Shown: in pieces, positions 41,677-52,272 of the stretch
How positions within the stretch are numbered: the first letter of the stretch is position 1
Layout of the letters: the number at the start of each line of letters is the position of its first letter
Origin: Ignavibacteriota bacterium
Lineage (GTDB): Bacteria; Bacteroidota; Ignavibacteria; UBA10030
DNA: 64,000 nt
Direction of reading: 5' to 3'
Assembly (NCBI GenBank): GCA_963727825.1
Contig: CAVSHO010000009.1
Span: forward strand, 480,001-544,000
The notes under the pieces: model-generated
The model's database searches: none
Seen by the model: the letters and a program-made list of their open reading frames with translations, nothing else
What the model was told of the DNA's origin: nothing
Made by a program: the position numbers and the translations under genes

Positions 41677-44205
41677 CTATTTTCTAGTCTTATTATTACC
41701 TTTTTTACTTTTCACTATAATCATTGTCACATCATCATGCTGTTCGGCGGAACCGCGAAACTTTTCAACTTTTGTCAGAATTGCATGCTGGATACTTTCT
41801 GCAGACAGATGCCGCTTCACTTTCAACAAATCAACTATAGATTCTTCGCCTAATTGTTGTTTTTCCTCGTTCATCGCCTCAGTAACGCCATCCGTATAGA
41901 AGAGAAATAGGCTATCCGGTTTGATTGGAATCCGTATTTCTTCTATTGCGTCTTCGAACACCGGACCGCGCTCCAATCCTAATCCAATACCGCCGCCTTC
42001 AAGGAATCTAATTCTTCCGTTCAAGTTAAAAAGCGCCTTATTATGTCCAGCTCGGCAAATGCGCACTTCTTTCTTCTTCATGTCGAATAGCGCAAGAATC
42101 ATTGTGATGAATGATCTGCGATCCATGCCGTCGAAAATACGCCGATTAATATTTATAAGCATTTCTTTCGGAGTTTTGTAAATATGCGCCGCAAGCTGGA
42201 CCATTCCCTGGACCTTCGACATATACAAAGCGGCAGACATTCCTTTGCCGGAGACATCTGCTACTACAGCAAGAATTTTATTTGCGTCCAATTGAATGAA
42301 ATCATAGTAGTCGCCGCCAACGCTCAACGCAGGCACTGACACACCAGAAATATCGAGACTGGAAACCTTTGGATTCGCCTTTGGAAATAGGCCCTGTTGA
42401 ATTTTCCGTGCGAGATCCAGCTCTTCTTTAACACGTTGCTGATCTATTTCCGATTTATGCAAGCGCGAGTTTTCGATAGCAATTGCCGCTTGACCTGCAA
42501 CGGTTGCCAGCAAGTTAATATCTTCCTGAGAATAGACCTTACCGGACATTTTTGGCCCAACGTTTATAAATCCTACTAATCGATCCTGCAGAAACATCGG
42601 CACAGCTAGTACAATACCTGAGCGCAGCAACTTTTCCTTTTCTTCATCCTTTAAATCTGTAACGTCATATTCATCGCCAAGCAAATGAAGATCCACCGGT
42701 TTACGTGTTTTCTGCAGGAGCGCCATTAGCGTATAGTCGCCATCGCTAAATACACAATCTGCTTGATCCAGATTCTGTGAAGCCAAATTGCATCCTTCCT
42801 TCTCTCCACAAATAAATACAAATATTTTTTCAATATGCATTGTTGAAGAGAGTCGCGAGACAATTGAATTAAGAATGTGTTCCGTTTCCATCAAGCGTGG
42901 AAGCTCCTGTGTAAATTCCAACAACGCTTGTTGGTAATCGTACCGTTCATGGAAAAATATTCGGTCGATCCCGTTCTGAAAACGCTGCTTGATTGGATCA
43001 AACACAAAAGCGACAACAATAAGCGACGCAACAATGAATAATTGATTATTCTGCACACCAAAAAAGTAATTTACAAGTGTACCAATTCCATAGACGGAGA
43101 CCAGATAGATAGCCGCCAATGCTGCTGTAATAGTTCCATAAATCAAACTACGGCGAATAACAACATCCACATCCATCAATCTGTGCCGAAAGATTGCATA
43201 GCCAAAGAACACTGGCACTACCACAAGCAATAAGACCGGAAAAAGAATTGGTGGATTCAGAAATGCAGCAATAGGATTAATAGTCTGGAGGATAATCGCA
43301 TATGCAAAAATTAGCAAACAAATAGCTACCCCGATAAGCACGGGGCGAAGTTGTGCCCGCTGTTTATATGGTACGGAACTGAAATAACTATGAATAAAGA
43401 TTCCAAACCCAGTAAAGAAAAATCCATAACGGGAAAAGAAGGCAACATTGATCAACCACCGATTATCGATTCCTCTATTAGCTTTCCAAATGATAACTGT
43501 AAAGAGCAGACTTATAAGATAAAGTACAACTGCAAGTGTGATACTTTTGTGTCCTTTTCGTTTTACGGGAAAAAAAAGAAAAAAACGTACAAACAACGGT
43601 GGTCCAAAGATTGAAGCTGCAAGAAATGAGCCCCCCAAAAGTATCAATTGCCAGCGGGGATCTGTTTGAAGATTCTGATTCAATATAGAAAGTCCGAAGA
43701 ACAACATCGCAAGTATGCTAAAACGCGCAAACATACGCTGGATATTCCCTTGCGGTTTTGCCATCACCACAACATAACCGACAAGAAGGAAACCAAGCCC
43801 AAAAAGGAATTGTGCTAAAAATGGTAGGTTTATCAAATTGAGAATCAGAACACGTGCATCGAATTGCGCGCCATTTCGTTCTAAAGTGTACGTGACATAC
43901 GAACCCACTTTTGCATTGATCATTGCTTGAGCATCTAAGTCTTTGGTAAAATTTTTCCCGTCAACTCTTATCAGAATATCACCGTCCTTGATCCCCGCCT
44001 GTTGCGTAACACCGCCGCTTACAATATCTGTAATTAATAAACGGGACTCGCCTTTCGCCACCCAGCGGCATTGATCATTCCCGGTGAGTCGCTCGAACAT
44101 CAGAACTGAAAAATTGATTAGGCAAACACCAAGCACTACAATCGCTATCAGTGTATAGAGAATTCTGATAGATCTTGCTGATAAATTAGAAAATGGATTT
44201 ATCAT
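41677..44205 (-). CDS. Membrane PP2C (SpoIIE/RsbU-like) phosphatase with PDZ, multi-TM and GAF domains
   Basis: PDZ AGIKDGDILIRVDG; GAF end QAAIAIENSRL; PP2C VGGDYYDF, ADVSGKG, RAGH, YTDGVTEA, DDVT. Confidence 0.92.
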   Translation of the reverse strand: MINPFSNLSARSIRILYTLIAIVVLGVCLINFSVLMFERLTGNDQCRWVAKGESRLLITDIVSGGVTQQAGIKDGDILIRVDGKNFTKDLDAQAMINAKVGSYVTYTLERNGAQFDARVLILNLINLPFLAQFLFGLGFLLVGYVVVMAKPQGNIQRMFARFSILAMLFFGLSILNQNLQTDPRWQLILLGGSFLAASIFGPPLFVRFFLFFPVKRKGHKSITLAVVLYLISLLFTVIIWKANRGIDNRWLINVAFFSRYGFFFTGFGIFIHSYFSSVPYKQRAQLRPVLIGVAICLLIFAYAIILQTINPIAAFLNPPILFPVLLLVVVPVFFGYAIFRHRLMDVDVVIRRSLIYGTITAALAAIYLVSVYGIGTLVNYFFGVQNNQLFIVASLIVVAFVFDPIKQRFQNGIDRIFFHERYDYQQALLEFTQELPRLMETEHILNSIVSRLSSTMHIEKIFVFICGEKEGCNLASQNLDQADCVFSDGDYTLMALLQKTRKPVDLHLLGDEYDVTDLKDEEKEKLLRSGIVLAVPMFLQDRLVGFINVGPKMSGKVYSQEDINLLATVAGQAAIAIENSRLHKSEIDQQRVKEELDLARKIQQGLFPKANPKVSSLDISGVSVPALSVGGDYYDFIQLDANKILAVVADVSGKGMSAALYMSKVQGMVQLAAHIYKTPKEMLININRRIFDGMDRRSFITMILALFDMKKKEVRICRAGHNKALFNLNGRIRFLEGGGIGLGLERGPVFEDAIEEIRIPIKPDSLFLFYTDGVTEAMNEEKQQLGEESIVDLLKVKRHLSAESIQHAILTKVEKFRGSAEQHDDVTMIIVKSKKGNNKTRK

Positions 44206-44328
44206 TGTTGATCCTGAGCAAAGTCTATAAATACATGCTATTTAAAGATACGGCAGAGCGGAGTAACAAGTTACTCATGCTTCGGCAAGAAAAACACAGA
44301 GTTAATTAAACATAACGTCCAATATATT

Positions 44329-47136
44329 TTAATTCCTCACGACTCCAAAAATCGGGTAGCCTATGCTGAAATATAAGACAAAAGGCCCAAAGCTCACCGG
44401 ATGATGCAACAAATCAGTTCGGAGATAGAAACTTCGACCCAAAGAAAAATCAGCAGGGCCAATCGGCGTATCTAACCCGAGAGTAATGCCAATGCCATGC
44501 TTAAAATCTTCTAAGCGCATTTCTTCTGTTTTTAACCACACCGCCCCCAAATCGTAGCGCGCTTTAAAGTAGGTATCGAAAAAGATCGAAAATGGAAGCT
44601 TGTACTGGTATTCCAAACTCGCTACCATTAACTGCCTGCCGCGCGCATTGTCTTCACGAAATCCAAAGAAATTTTCCTGCCCGCCAAGCGAGAACTCTTC
44701 GCTGATAGGCAGGGTCTCATCCGCAACACCAATCATAAACTTTGGATGAAGAGTAAGATTCTCGACGATGGTTTGATATCTTTCATATGAGAAAAACATT
44801 TTTGTAAATCCCACAGCATTTACCAATTTTATTAATGCCGATTCGTATGAAAAATTAATAACGATGCCATCTGTAGGGAATGGCAATTTATCTTGGGTAT
44901 CTATATTAGTTCCAAATCGGATAGATGAAATGTTGTATTCTTGATTTGCAAAAGGTTGATTGTCAACTTCAAACGCCTGATTGTAAATGTCATACACCCT
45001 GTGATGTTCTAATTTTCCTTCAATCGTAACACTTCCTAACCGTTCGAGTTGTGTTCCAAAGCTCGCTGAGCCGCCTTCACGCACCTCCCGATATTCTCCA
45101 ACTATTTCCCGTTCAAACAAATATGGATCGCTTGACGGCACATCATCATAAACATTCACATCTCGGCTGAGAGAATACACTTTAAGACCAAATGTCAAAT
45201 AGGAATTAAAGATTCGGGTCGCTTTCAATTCTCCAAGATAGGTCTGGTTATTAGTGCCTCCGCCAATTAGCAAGCCGAGTTCGGCGCCAGCCCCGAATAA
45301 ATTTTCATTCCGAATATCAATCGATGGTTGGATATTGCGTTCATTATCTATTCGCAAACCGAAGCGAATCAATTCCGTACTTCGCTCTCGCGCTTTGATA
45401 GTAGCTATATTGAGTTTTCCAGTGCTGTCTTCATAATGAGTAGTAACAAGTATCTGCTCAAAAAGACTGGTGCCATAGAGATTTGAGATTCCAGCGGCAA
45501 CTTTAGAAATATTGAAAAGACTCTGATTTTTAAACGGCAGTTCCCGCCAAATAATCCAATCGCGAGACTTCTTTGTGCCGACAATATCAATACGATATAT
45601 TGTACCTTCGTCAAGTGTTACCGTCGCTGTAGCGGATAAAGAATCGAGTTGTATATCAGTTACATGGGCAAGGGAATAGCCTGCAGTGCGGTAAATTGCG
45701 AGCAACCGTTCAATAGCTCGCTCTATCAACTGCGTGTTTATATATTTGCCGAGCAGTGGTTGAAACACAGTAAGCAGTGTGTCGGAACTAAAAACCTGAT
45801 TACCCAAGATTTTTACGTTATGAAGAATTGGATTATGTACGCTGCGGATTTTAATTATTGTAGAGTCGGCGTACTGTTCTACAATTCCATCCATAGAAGC
45901 GTACTCACCTCTGCTGTACAAATCGTTCATGAAACAGTGTAAGTCCATTTCTGTTATCCAACCGCGCGTCTCGTACATTTGAAGACTATCTTGAAATGCC
46001 GGCGGCAATGAGTCTGAGCAAGAAAACCGAGGCGACTTGTACCGCACGGTACTATCTGCGCGATACAACTTGAGAGTGCGATCATCTATAAGTTTCTTCA
46101 AAGCGGGAATTATTTTTTCGGCAGAAAATTCTCCAGCAGTAATCAACGAATCGGTACCGGTAAAATCAGAAGCCAGATGATCACCTAATCTCGGTGTAAT
46201 AACAATATCTGCTTTGGCTCGTGCAAGCTTATTTGCTTCTTGCATCATAATCGTTGTAATCTGATCTGCAACTTCCCAAGGCGCATTGAGTTTGCCCTTT
46301 GGCCTTAGCGAACTTGCCATATCAACAGCAATAATAATATCTGCTTTTTCCGCAATGGCAACATCTACTGGAAGATTATCTACTAAGCCTCCGTCAAGAA
46401 GCTGCATAGAATCGCGCGGCACACTGCTGAATATCAATGGTACTGACATGCTGGCACGCAATGCTTCCGTCATATCACCGCGATCTATCACGATCCTTTT
46501 TCCTGTGACAAGATCTGTGGTAACAGCACGGAATGGAATACGAAGATCGTCAAAACTAGGATTGGGATGGTAAAGTCCCTGCAGTGTAAGGAGGTTGAGA
46601 TAATTTGATAATCGTCGTCCTGTAGAAAACGCTTGTGGAATAACTGGCTCCAGACCTTCAAATCGCAAAACAAGAACGCTTTTATCGCGCGCAATTTTTT
46701 GATCAAGAAAGAGATCGCGGCGTTTCGATTCGTCACTATAACTTAGAAGATCGTCCCAATTTGTCGTATCTACTAAACGTTGAAGTTGATCGGTTGAATA
46801 TCCCATCGCGTATAAACCGCCTATTACACTGCCTATACTCGTGCCGACAATCAGATCGGCAGGGATATTGTTGTGTTCTAAAACTCGAATTACACCAATA
46901 GCTGCGATGCCGCGTGCGCCGCCGCCGCTAAGCACTAGTGCAATGCGCGGCCGCCGTACCAATTGGATAGGATTCAATTTAGGATATCGTGATTTAACTT
47001 CACGAATATCCGGCTTGATAAGGGTTATGCGAGTCTGCGGCGAGGTAATGTCTTGCGCGCGCGCCAATAATGGCACAACAGCGAACAAAATTATGATTAT
47101 TCTAGATATTTTTTGACGCACAGAGATAGGTACCAA
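44329..47136 (-). CDS. Patatin-like phospholipase fused to POTRA and Omp85 barrel (PlpD / type Vd architecture)
   Basis: LSGGGARG, GTSIG, DGG patatin motifs; ILGNQVFS POTRA; C-terminal LYFSIGY. Confidence 0.9.
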   Translation of the reverse strand: MVPISVRQKISRIIIILFAVVPLLARAQDITSPQTRITLIKPDIREVKSRYPKLNPIQLVRRPRIALVLSGGGARGIAAIGVIRVLEHNNIPADLIVGTSIGSVIGGLYAMGYSTDQLQRLVDTTNWDDLLSYSDESKRRDLFLDQKIARDKSVLVLRFEGLEPVIPQAFSTGRRLSNYLNLLTLQGLYHPNPSFDDLRIPFRAVTTDLVTGKRIVIDRGDMTEALRASMSVPLIFSSVPRDSMQLLDGGLVDNLPVDVAIAEKADIIIAVDMASSLRPKGKLNAPWEVADQITTIMMQEANKLARAKADIVITPRLGDHLASDFTGTDSLITAGEFSAEKIIPALKKLIDDRTLKLYRADSTVRYKSPRFSCSDSLPPAFQDSLQMYETRGWITEMDLHCFMNDLYSRGEYASMDGIVEQYADSTIIKIRSVHNPILHNVKILGNQVFSSDTLLTVFQPLLGKYINTQLIERAIERLLAIYRTAGYSLAHVTDIQLDSLSATATVTLDEGTIYRIDIVGTKKSRDWIIWRELPFKNQSLFNISKVAAGISNLYGTSLFEQILVTTHYEDSTGKLNIATIKARERSTELIRFGLRIDNERNIQPSIDIRNENLFGAGAELGLLIGGGTNNQTYLGELKATRIFNSYLTFGLKVYSLSRDVNVYDDVPSSDPYLFEREIVGEYREVREGGSASFGTQLERLGSVTIEGKLEHHRVYDIYNQAFEVDNQPFANQEYNISSIRFGTNIDTQDKLPFPTDGIVINFSYESALIKLVNAVGFTKMFFSYERYQTIVENLTLHPKFMIGVADETLPISEEFSLGGQENFFGFREDNARGRQLMVASLEYQYKLPFSIFFDTYFKARYDLGAVWLKTEEMRLEDFKHGIGITLGLDTPIGPADFSLGRSFYLRTDLLHHPVSFGPFVLYFSIGYPIFGVVRN

Positions 47137-47268
47137 ATATTTTTCTATAAAAGAGTACCAAAAAATACGTCGAATTGCAACGGCACTTTGTATGAAAAGT
47201 AGAAGGATGAAGGATTAGTGAGCAGGCGTGAAACAATCTCAGAGGGAGAATACTTAGGTTTTCTTACT

Positions 47269-47469
47269 TTACATTGCTCTATGTCCCTGAAGTACTCTGG
47301 TTGGCAGCATTATTAAAGCTTTAAGAAAAGCGAATAATCCGTTTACAGTTATACCGATTAATCGGAATGGCAAAGTTAGAAGCCAAACGAATGGATACAA
47401 CACCAACGCAATCAGTGCTAATGGCCAGCAAAAAATAAATAATATAATCCAGATTAGAAATGTAAACAT
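47269..47469 (-). CDS. Small hydrophobic membrane protein
   Basis: 66-aa hydrophobic ORF (CWPLALIALVLYPFVWLLTLPFRL) with GGAGG RBS. Confidence 0.75.
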   Translation of the reverse strand: MFTFLIWIILFIFCWPLALIALVLYPFVWLLTLPFRLIGITVNGLFAFLKALIMLPTRVLQGHRAM

Positions 47470-47497
47470 TGTATCCCTCCGTATCTTCCTATTTCTT

Positions 47498-47524
47498 TAC
47501 GATGATAAGCACTATTAAGTTGCG
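47498..47524 (-). promoter_or_regulatory. ECF sigma promoter CGCAAC-N17-CGTA
   Basis: Plus strand TACG 47498-47501 and GTTGCG 47519-47524; same architecture as 3290-3315. Confidence 0.5.
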
Positions 47525-47697
47525 TCTGGTAAATCTTTTTCCATTACGGACAATTTAGCATTGTCCAATATATGCGTATTCATGAGGAGATAGAATTTAT
47601 CTTAGGTAATTTACGGACATCTGATTGTTAATGGATGAAACAATTTCCTTGTTGTGTATTGCTCAGGTAGAAGAACTCTATTAATAATTAAGAGTGT

Positions 47698-48036
47698 TTA
47701 GCTGCTTAGGTAGGTAATAGAAGTTTTTCCTGCTTGCGGCGAAGAAGGTATTTTAACCATTGTGGATTTTTCAGTTGTCAGCTGAAATACGTTAGCCGAT
47801 TTCACTTCTTTTGAATCCACGACAACTAGGATATTTCCAGTCCCTCTTAGGTTCATGGTAAGAGAATTTACCTCTTCTTTTCTGATGATGATATTTGATT
47901 TCCTTATTTCGAGGGAAATCGAAGGGATGACGGTTGCTGTGACAGTTGCTGTTGCTCTAATCTGTGCATGTACTTTTTGTGGCGTTGCTCCAAGAATTAT
48001 TATAACTACACTTACTATAATTATGATCGTTCTCAT
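47698..48036 (-). CDS. Small exported protein with a pilin-like N-terminal strand (QIRATATVTATV); last gene of the pilus locus
   Basis: Signal peptide ending VHA|Q; alternating beta-strand N-terminus; start placed at ATG 48036. Confidence 0.65.
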   Translation of the reverse strand: MRTIIIIVSVVIIILGATPQKVHAQIRATATVTATVIPSISLEIRKSNIIIRKEEVNSLTMNLRGTGNILVVVDSKEVKSANVFQLTTEKSTMVKIPSSPQAGKTSITYLSS

Positions 48037-48048
48037 ATTGCACAAAAA

Positions 48049-48065
48049 TGCGAGAACGATGCCAA
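48049..48065 (-). promoter_or_regulatory. Candidate sigma54 -24/-12 promoter
   Basis: Minus strand TTGGCATCGTTCTCGCA has the canonical GG-N10-GC spacing. Confidence 0.4.
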
Positions 48066-48192
48066 AAAATTATTTTACATATCTAAAATGCCTTATCCTT
48101 AACAGTATATATATCAAAGAATTACAGCGGGCTGAAAATCACCAGAAATGATTTTGCCAACAACTCATTGGTAATTTCTACAATAGCACAAT

Positions 48193-51100
48193 CTACTTAT
48201 TCGTGTGGAATCTGCGGAGGATAGCGAGGACTTCCTCTGCGTTTGAAAAGACTCCAATACGCACTGCGTATTTCGATTTTCCATTTGCAACAATTTCCTC
48301 CACCATCGTCTTGATTTCCAAATCTTGTTTGAACTTCCTTGCTTCAATTCGTGCACGCTGCTCTGTATCCCAAGAAGAGATATGAATTTTAAAGCCTTTC
48401 TGTTTTTCATACGTGCAGATTCCAATACGCACTGCATATTTTAATTTTCCTTTTACAACAACTTTCTCAACCATGGGTTTGATTTTCAAATTTTGTTCGA
48501 ACTTCTTTGCTTCGTCGCGCGCACGTTGCTCTGTACCCCAGGAAGAAATTTGAATTTCAAAACATTCTGGTTTTTCTTGTGTTACAATTTTCTGTTGAGG
48601 TACAATTTCGTGTTTTTGTTCAGGTGCGGTAATGGTAACGATGCGCTGTGGCTTGACGGTGTCTCTTTGTACCTGAACAGCTTTCTCTGATGGACGTTTC
48701 TTTAAGACGAAATTCATCCCCTCGACATAGTCTCCATTCGCCGTAATCTTCACTTCGAATGAGCGAATTGGAGGATCACAAGAAGCACCTAAAATGCTTA
48801 GTTGCGTTGAATCTACATAGGCAATATATTTACCCGGAGGAATACCCATTTCGTAGAAAGAGCCATCTGAAAATACGCGAATGTCTTTGTGATATTTCTC
48901 GTTGATTAACTTAATGTGGATTTCAATGCCCGGAACGGCTTCCTGCTTAGTGCCAATCTGCATTAATATCGAGCCCTCTAGCACACCTGTTGCATAAAAA
49001 GGAACATCGATCGGCTTGTAAATATTCGGTTCTGAGATCGCAGAGAAGGCATACGCTTTCGGCATCCAGAGCGGATTTGAGATCGATGATCCAACGATAT
49101 CAATATTATAGCGCGTGTAGGGCAACAACCGGCGTACCCGTGTTATGCCTGAGTCTCCAAAATCAATAACTGCCGCCTGTTCCAAGTTAAAGGCTACATC
49201 ATCAATTGTTTGCTCCCCAGGATCAAAAACTCCATTGCCATTTTTGTCAACGAACATGTGCATTGTGAGAGCAGATAGTCCGACTGATGCCAGGTTATGA
49301 TATTGGAAGGTCTTCTCTTGGCTGTCATACCCGACGGTTCCACTCACATTTTGTATGATAGTTGCATCATCGGCGTCTAAAGATGCGGTTGTCGTTGAGC
49401 GTGCAAACGGAAATTCATATACGAATTGTAAACTTGCCAGGTATTGATTTTGAACGAAGTTACGTGATGTACGAAAATTGTACCCTTCCCGATGAAGTGA
49501 CATTGCTGGAGAGATCAAGCCGTAATTCGGCAGCTTTTTTTTGTTCAAGATTGTATGTGAAAGAAGAACCGACCAGTATGTTCGTCATTAAAGAGAGTAG
49601 CTTCCTGTTTGGGCTGAGCGAATATAGAATCGATGAAGAGAGAATCGGTTCACGTGTTGTAGGTGTGAAATCTGATGTTGATTCCGAATAGCTGTACGCT
49701 ACTGTTCCATTGATCTGATTATACGATGCAGTCGCCCCTGTTGTCATTAATGTTGTCGCACTGTGTACATAATTTTGTCGATTAGCTAAAAACTGATACG
49801 TGATAAGCGCTGAAGAGAGCTTCAACGGAAGAGACATCGTCGTCTGTGCCTCCGTTAGGATGTGCGATGGATTGTAGTATTCATTTTCTTCATGCCTTGT
49901 GATAGAAAGTTCTACCGAAGCTTGCGAAGCGTACACCGCGCTCAGATCTGCGCGATACAATGCTCCCGGAGCGGCATCAATGGTAAAAATATAATTCTTA
50001 TCCAACCACGAAGAAAGCGAAAGAGAACTAATGGGTTTTGCAGAGAGCGTATCGTCAATATATTCTATACCGGCTGTCGCGGTTAGCCAGGAAGTGAGTC
50101 CTGCCATCACTGATGCTTGTGCGAAATGATCATTGTTTGCACGCAATTCCCCTGCGTTTATAGTATAATTGACTTCGCCCTCAGGAATAAATGAAAACGG
50201 AATTTGTATTCGTTGCCGGTCTTCGACCACTTCACCTGTCGGCCCATAGATACGCAAACTATAATATGTAGTCCCATAAGTTAACGGAACAGCGAAACGA
50301 TAATTGCCCAATTCATCCGCCTTGGTGAACACCGACAAGCCTTTCGTTGAGATAAAGTTCCACCGTCCATTGCGGAAATGTTTTTTGCTCGATCACGTAT
50401 GACTGAAACATTGTTCGTGTCTGCACTGGTTCATTCGATACCTGAATTCCTTTGAAACTACGTAAGAAAATGCCCGATGTATTTTCATAACCTGTGTTGA
50501 CATTTGTAATGAAAGGATTATCATCGATCACATACTTCCATTGCCCTTCCATGGTCCCCGATGACGGCAAGGAAGTAGAATAACCGCCGTTTGCAGTTAA
50601 TTCTAAATCGCCGCCTGCAACAATTCCCCCGCCTTGCAGATTATAGCCAAAACTTTTGTAATTTTTTGACGTTGATGCCGATAAAGAATAATCGAGGAAT
50701 CCGCCATTGAAGAGATCTTTTTCCCGGGGGTACAGAAGTGGATACTCTGCTTTTGTAGAGTTCTGCCTTTCGATTATACTTTGCTGCAGCTCCCGATTTC
50801 TCTCGGCAATAATTGGCAGTTCTTCGTCCGTTTCCAGCCATAATGATAAATGTGCCATATCTACAACGAAACGAAGTCCAAACAGACGCTCTAACACACT
50901 TGGCGTCACATAAATATCAAATGTGGAACTTATGAATTCATCAGGCCGAAGGATGAACGTTACTGTGTCTACGCTCGCCTTTCCTGTACGAAAATTGATT
51001 TCGTATTTGCGTGATTCTGTGATATAAAAACCATTCATGCTGTCTAACATTTTGTTGAATTTGTAGTTAATCTTCAAGAGACGAAAAATCTCACTCATTG

Positions 51101-51272
51101 GTAAATACGTAGTAGGTTCAACGTAGATAGCTGTGACAACCGTATTTACTAATCCTAACGAATAACTAAAGTTTAAATAGACTTCTTGAGATAGGGAGTC
51201 ACTAGATGCGTGAGATTGTGCGCAGAGTGGCTGCGCAAAAAAGAAAATGAGAGTTATTATGAATAACGGCAT
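48193..51272 (-). CDS. Usher-like outer-membrane protein of about 1025 aa with SdrD-B/carboxypeptidase-regulatory-like domains and two C-terminal SPOR-like repeats; two +1 frameshifts (near 50330 and 49468)
   Basis: ORFs 50313..51455, 49460..50338 and 48193..49548 join (NERLVG|FTKADELGNY; VQFSY|SRNFVQNQ). Signal peptide MPLF...LCA|Q; usher-plug-like WTVELYLN..GNYRFAVPLTYG..IYGPTGEV; FVDKNGNGVFDPGE; tandem IQISSW..AVRIG. Confidence 0.75.
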
Positions 51273-51451
51273 TATCTGATTGCGCTTTTCATAAGTGGTC
51301 GAACGCTGGGAATCAGCGACCATCACACGGTGACAAAGCGCAATGTGGCTTGACATCGAACGATAATGGTTTGCTGCGATGGCATAACGCGTTCTTTGTG
51401 GTAGGTAATCATAAAAACTTTCTATGATCTCTGCGGCTAATCGCCTTTCGC

Positions 51452-52270
51452 TCACTTTATCGTGAATGCAAACCTATTAACAATGGGTGACAATTGTATG
51501 AAGTTCTCAGACGCGATGTCGTTTCTTTCTGTGACAAACTTTATTTCCGCCGTATATTTTCCCGGCTTTAGCGTGTTTCGATCGAATGTTGCTTTTTTAT
51601 TCATCGTTACATAGATACTAAGTGTCTCAATGGTTTCATCAACGACATTTCCGATTTCATCGAAGACCTTAACATTTGCAGTTCCGAAATAAGGTGTATT
51701 TCCTTTTTTCACTGTCTTCCAGATAAGCCGCACGCTTGCAGAATCCTCCACGATATACGGATCTGCGATTTCGAGGCTCATATTGAGCGCTCCTTTGGTA
51801 TAAAGAACTGTAGTAACCTGCTCGAATACAAAGTTAAGCTGTGTTGTGATTCCTGTGCGCACCGTGTCGATGCGCTTTGTTTGCGGTTGAGCGCTGGTGA
51901 CGATACGGGACCAATACATTCCATCCGATAAATTTCCCGGAGGCTGTGCATTTAGCCGAACAATTTGTTGAGAACCCGAGGGGAGAACAAATTTACGAGG
52001 AAATCCTTTGATCCAGCCAGCCAGAGAGTGCTGAGCCTCTGCAATAGTGTCGTTATATTGCATCGACATATTACCGATGGAATCCGATACAGGATAACCG
52101 AAAATGAACTTAATCGAGACTTCCTGTGTCTCGGCGGTTTTGTTTTCAACTGTAAATGTACCAAAGCGATTAGTTGAATTTATAAACAATGCCGGCGGCG
52201 AAACAGAAACTTGCGCTCGTGCGTTAGCCATGAACAGTGCGAGCAGGAGATAAAAATAAAATGTGCGCAT
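51452..52270 (-). CDS. PapD-like periplasmic pilus chaperone
   Basis: Signal peptide ARA|Q; VSVSPPALFI, FTVEN, PRKFVLPSGSQQIVRL, DGMYWSRI; two Ig-like halves. Confidence 0.78.
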   Translation of the reverse strand: MRTFYFYLLLALFMANARAQVSVSPPALFINSTNRFGTFTVENKTAETQEVSIKFIFGYPVSDSIGNMSMQYNDTIAEAQHSLAGWIKGFPRKFVLPSGSQQIVRLNAQPPGNLSDGMYWSRIVTSAQPQTKRIDTVRTGITTQLNFVFEQVTTVLYTKGALNMSLEIADPYIVEDSASVRLIWKTVKKGNTPYFGTANVKVFDEIGNVVDETIETLSIYVTMNKKATFDRNTLKPGKYTAEIKFVTERNDIASENFIQLSPIVNRFAFTIK

Positions 52271-52272
52271 AA

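Noticed and set aside
48165-48437. 90-aa ORF with an internal repeat (MQCVLES/TQCVLES)
   Set aside because: Alternative frame of the duplicated SPOR-coding DNA
51273-51455. 61-aa N-terminal extension of the usher ORF from the GTG overlapping the chaperone stop
   Set aside because: It lies before a clear signal peptide starting at ATG 51272 and has no recognisable features; treated as untranslated, though not excluded
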